Shown piece after piece: positions 62,082-64,000 of a DNA stretch of 64,000 nucleotides. How positions within the stretch are numbered: the stretch's first letter is position 1; each line of letters opens with the position of its first letter. The translations under genes and the position numbers were made by a program. The DNA lies in IMG/VR virus record IMGVR_UViG_3300044694_000082, positions 1 through 64,000 of that record. One strand, given 5' to 3'. Source of the DNA: a virus (Duplodnaviria; Caudoviricetes). The notes under the pieces were generated by a model that worked only from the letters and a program-made list of their open reading frames with translations, searched no databases and was not told the origin of the DNA.

Positions 62082-62591
62082 TCACAGGAGGATCCTCTCG
62101 ACGTGGATGCCCAGGTTCTCCGCCAGGCGCATACAGCCGCGGGTGCCGTAGGAGGCGCCGTAGGGTGCGGCGATCAGGGCCTTCGGCGTGGGGGGCTTGG
62201 TGAGCATGCGCCGGTTGCGGCGCGGTCCGGCTCCGGGGCAGTAGTCCCTCGCCAGTCCCGGGTGGGCGGTGTCGCCGGGCTTCTTGCGGCGCCGGTGTGT
62301 GGGCGTGACGGGACACTCGGGTGCGCATTGGTCCCAGTCGGCGGGCATGGGGTCTGCGATGATGTTCATGGGCAGGCCGTACGTGGTGATCCAGTCATGT
62401 ACGGCCTGGTCGGCGGAGTACTCACCCGGGCAGGCGCCGTGGCGGATGATCACGGGGCCGGTGATGTTGAGGATGATGTACTCGGCGAGGTGAGCGATGA
62501 CGAGGCCGGTGTTCGGGTGGTCGCGGGAGCCGGTGAACGCCAGCACGGTGGCGTTCACGTAAGGCCCCGCCGTTTCGCGCAGCACTGACAT
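62082..62591 (-). CDS. SLOG-family (YspA/DUF2493-like) protein
   Basis: VLAFTGSRD, IRHGAC, ADWD, AGPRRNRRML, SYGTRGCMRLA. Confidence 0.82.
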   Translation of the reverse strand: MSVLRETAGPYVNATVLAFTGSRDHPNTGLVIAHLAEYIILNITGPVIIRHGACPGEYSADQAVHDWITTYGLPMNIIADPMPADWDQCAPECPVTPTHRRRKKPGDTAHPGLARDYCPGAGPRRNRRMLTKPPTPKALIAAPYGASYGTRGCMRLAENLGIHVERILL

Positions 62592-62836
62592 AGCGCAACG
62601 TCCCAGTCGGTGTCGGTGTCGTACAGGCCGAGGCCCTCGTTGAAGAAGGTCAGGCGGCAGTCGTCGCACTGGTCCAGATCGGACGGGCACGACCTGCCGT
62701 TGCGGCGGGGCAGCCACACGTGCTCCAGACTGTCGCAGCCCCAGTTGTGGATGCGGATCAGGTCGCGCTGGTTGGTGAAGTGGTCCCCGCCTTCAGGGAG
62801 TTCCAGCCAGCGCTGCGCGTACGTGGACAGGGTCAC
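62555..62836 (-). CDS. Hypothetical CxxC protein
   Basis: GTGA coupling; 93 aa. Confidence 0.6.
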   Translation of the reverse strand: MTLSTYAQRWLELPEGGDHFTNQRDLIRIHNWGCDSLEHVWLPRRNGRSCPSDLDQCDDCRLTFFNEGLGLYDTDTDWDVALCQCCAKRRGLT

Positions 62837-63072
62837 GCGGCGTCCCTCATCTCCGGCACGCTGATCTCGTGGATGCCGATGTCCCCGATGGCGATGGCGA
62901 TGGAGGCGGCATGGGTGATGTTTTCGGCGCCGTACTGGCGGATGATGATGGCGATCATCGATTCGGCCGTGTTCTTGGTGATGCCCATCTTCTGGGCGGC
63001 CTGGGCGTTGGTGTAGCCGTTGGCCTTGAGGACCATCAGCTCTCGCCGACGCGCAGAGAGTTCCTCGATCAC
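62833..63072 (-). CDS. Stand-alone LuxR-type HTH regulator
   Basis: LSARRRELMVLKANGYTNAQAAQKMGITKNTA. Confidence 0.8.
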   Translation of the reverse strand: MIEELSARRRELMVLKANGYTNAQAAQKMGITKNTAESMIAIIIRQYGAENITHAASIAIAIGDIGIHEISVPEMRDAA

Positions 63073-63797
63073 GGCGCCACCCGCCCGTTCTTGTTGAAGG
63101 CCTCGTACGTCAGCGGCATGAGCTTCGCCCACTGGGCCTCCATCTTCTCGCCCACCATCTCGATCTCCCGCTGCGGGAAGGACGGCACCTTCGCGTCTGG
63201 GTGTGTCGTGCGCAGGCCCAGGAAGTGCATCAGCGAACGGGCGTTGCAGGTGGCGTACATGGAGGAGTAGATGTTCACCGGCAGGCACATGCGGGCGACC
63301 TCACGCGCCACACCGATGTCGAGGAGGCCGCGGTAGCTGTCGTAGGCGGCTGTGGAGAGCACCTTGAGGTTCATGTCGACGGCCACGGTCTGGGAGACGT
63401 TGCCGTCCTCGAACCGGTAGGAGCCCGGTTTGCCGACCTGGACGAGCTTGCGGCCGGGGCCCGGTATATAGAACACCGGTTCCATCTCCTTGTAGCGGCC
63501 GGACTCCTCGTTGTAGCTGAATCCGACCCGGTGGCGGTGGAACTCGCGGAAGACGAAGATCGGCGCCTGCACGAAGAAGGTCATCGAGTTGTGCTCGAAG
63601 GGCGAGCCGTGCCGGTCCCGCATCAGGTAGTTGATCAGGCCCTTGGCGCGGTCGCCGCCAGGATCGCCGTGCAGATCGTCGAGAGAGCCGCCGCCGAGCG
63701 TGGAGACCCGGGCGGCGGCGGTGACGTCGAGATCGGACGCGGTGTGCTTGACCAGTTCGACAGTGACGTCCGATCGAAAGGTCACGTGATGGCTCAT
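63069..63797 (-). CDS. thyX: FAD-dependent thymidylate synthase
   Basis: RHGSPFEH, REFHRHR..SYNEESGRY, REVARMCLP, NARSLMHFLGLR. Confidence 0.96.
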   Translation of the reverse strand: MSHHVTFRSDVTVELVKHTASDLDVTAAARVSTLGGGSLDDLHGDPGGDRAKGLINYLMRDRHGSPFEHNSMTFFVQAPIFVFREFHRHRVGFSYNEESGRYKEMEPVFYIPGPGRKLVQVGKPGSYRFEDGNVSQTVAVDMNLKVLSTAAYDSYRGLLDIGVAREVARMCLPVNIYSSMYATCNARSLMHFLGLRTTHPDAKVPSFPQREIEMVGEKMEAQWAKLMPLTYEAFNKNGRVAP

Positions 63798-64000
63798 GCT
63801 GCACGCTCCAGCTCTGCCAGGTTGATAACGCCCTTGGGCCAGCGCATCGTGATGACCCTGGTGGTGTTGTAGTAGATCTTCCGGCAGCCGTCGCACGGTT
63901 CCTCGGTGACGAACAGCCGGGCGCCGGGCAGACGACGGCGGTCATCGACGTCCAGAAGCGCGTTCAGTTCGGCGTGGGTACTGATGCATGCCCCGGGCCC
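63794..64000 (-). CDS. dCMP deaminase, C-terminal part (5' end beyond window)
   Basis: Manual translation: GPGACISTHAELNALL...LFVTEEPCDGCRK (HAE + PCxxC); ATGA overlap with thyX. Confidence 0.88.
   Translation of the reverse strand, partial: GPGACISTHAELNALLDVDDRRRLPGARLFVTEEPCDGCRKIYYNTTRVITMRWPKGVINLAELERAA

Noticed and set aside
1-64000. tRNA, rRNA, integrase, transposase, terminase or virion genes
   Set aside because: None recognisable by eye. tRNAscan and profile searches were not run, so divergent examples could be missed.

Overview
A high-GC (Streptomyces-like) segment of a large actinophage or phage-plasmid. No virion, integrase, tRNA or rRNA genes are visible, so the element type is inferred. 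Nearly all real genes are on the minus strand with tight stop/start overlaps; the long plus-strand ORFs in the track are mostly shadows. 1-21.5 kb is a replication/recombination module (SNF2 helicase, RuvC-like resolvase, family A DNA polymerase, Rad52-like annealase, RecD/Dda helicase, primase-SF3 helicase). It also carries BldC-like and Lsr2-like regulators, a macrodomain, and a surface-glycan cassette (nucleotide-sugar dehydrogenase, an unannotated 56-aa LAXTG sortase-signal micro-protein, and a hyaluronan/chitin-synthase-like GT2). 22.2-47.9 kb is a run of small, mostly unknown genes punctuated by 32 co-oriented copies (manual count) of the chromosomal parS motif, TGTTCCACGTGAAACA on the coding strand. 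These sites sit at stop-codon/RBS junctions or are translated in frame as VPRET, and they surround a chromosomal-type ParA and an HU gene, with no parB in the window. This parS-punctuated gene array is the standout candidate for an undescribed system; my inference is that it hijacks or titrates host ParB. 52.8-53.3 kb is a mirror-symmetric TGTTCCGA iteron region around an AT-rich core (likely origin). 62-64 kb holds SLOG, LuxR, ThyX and dCMP deaminase genes. Family assignments come from motif recognition only; no searches were run.
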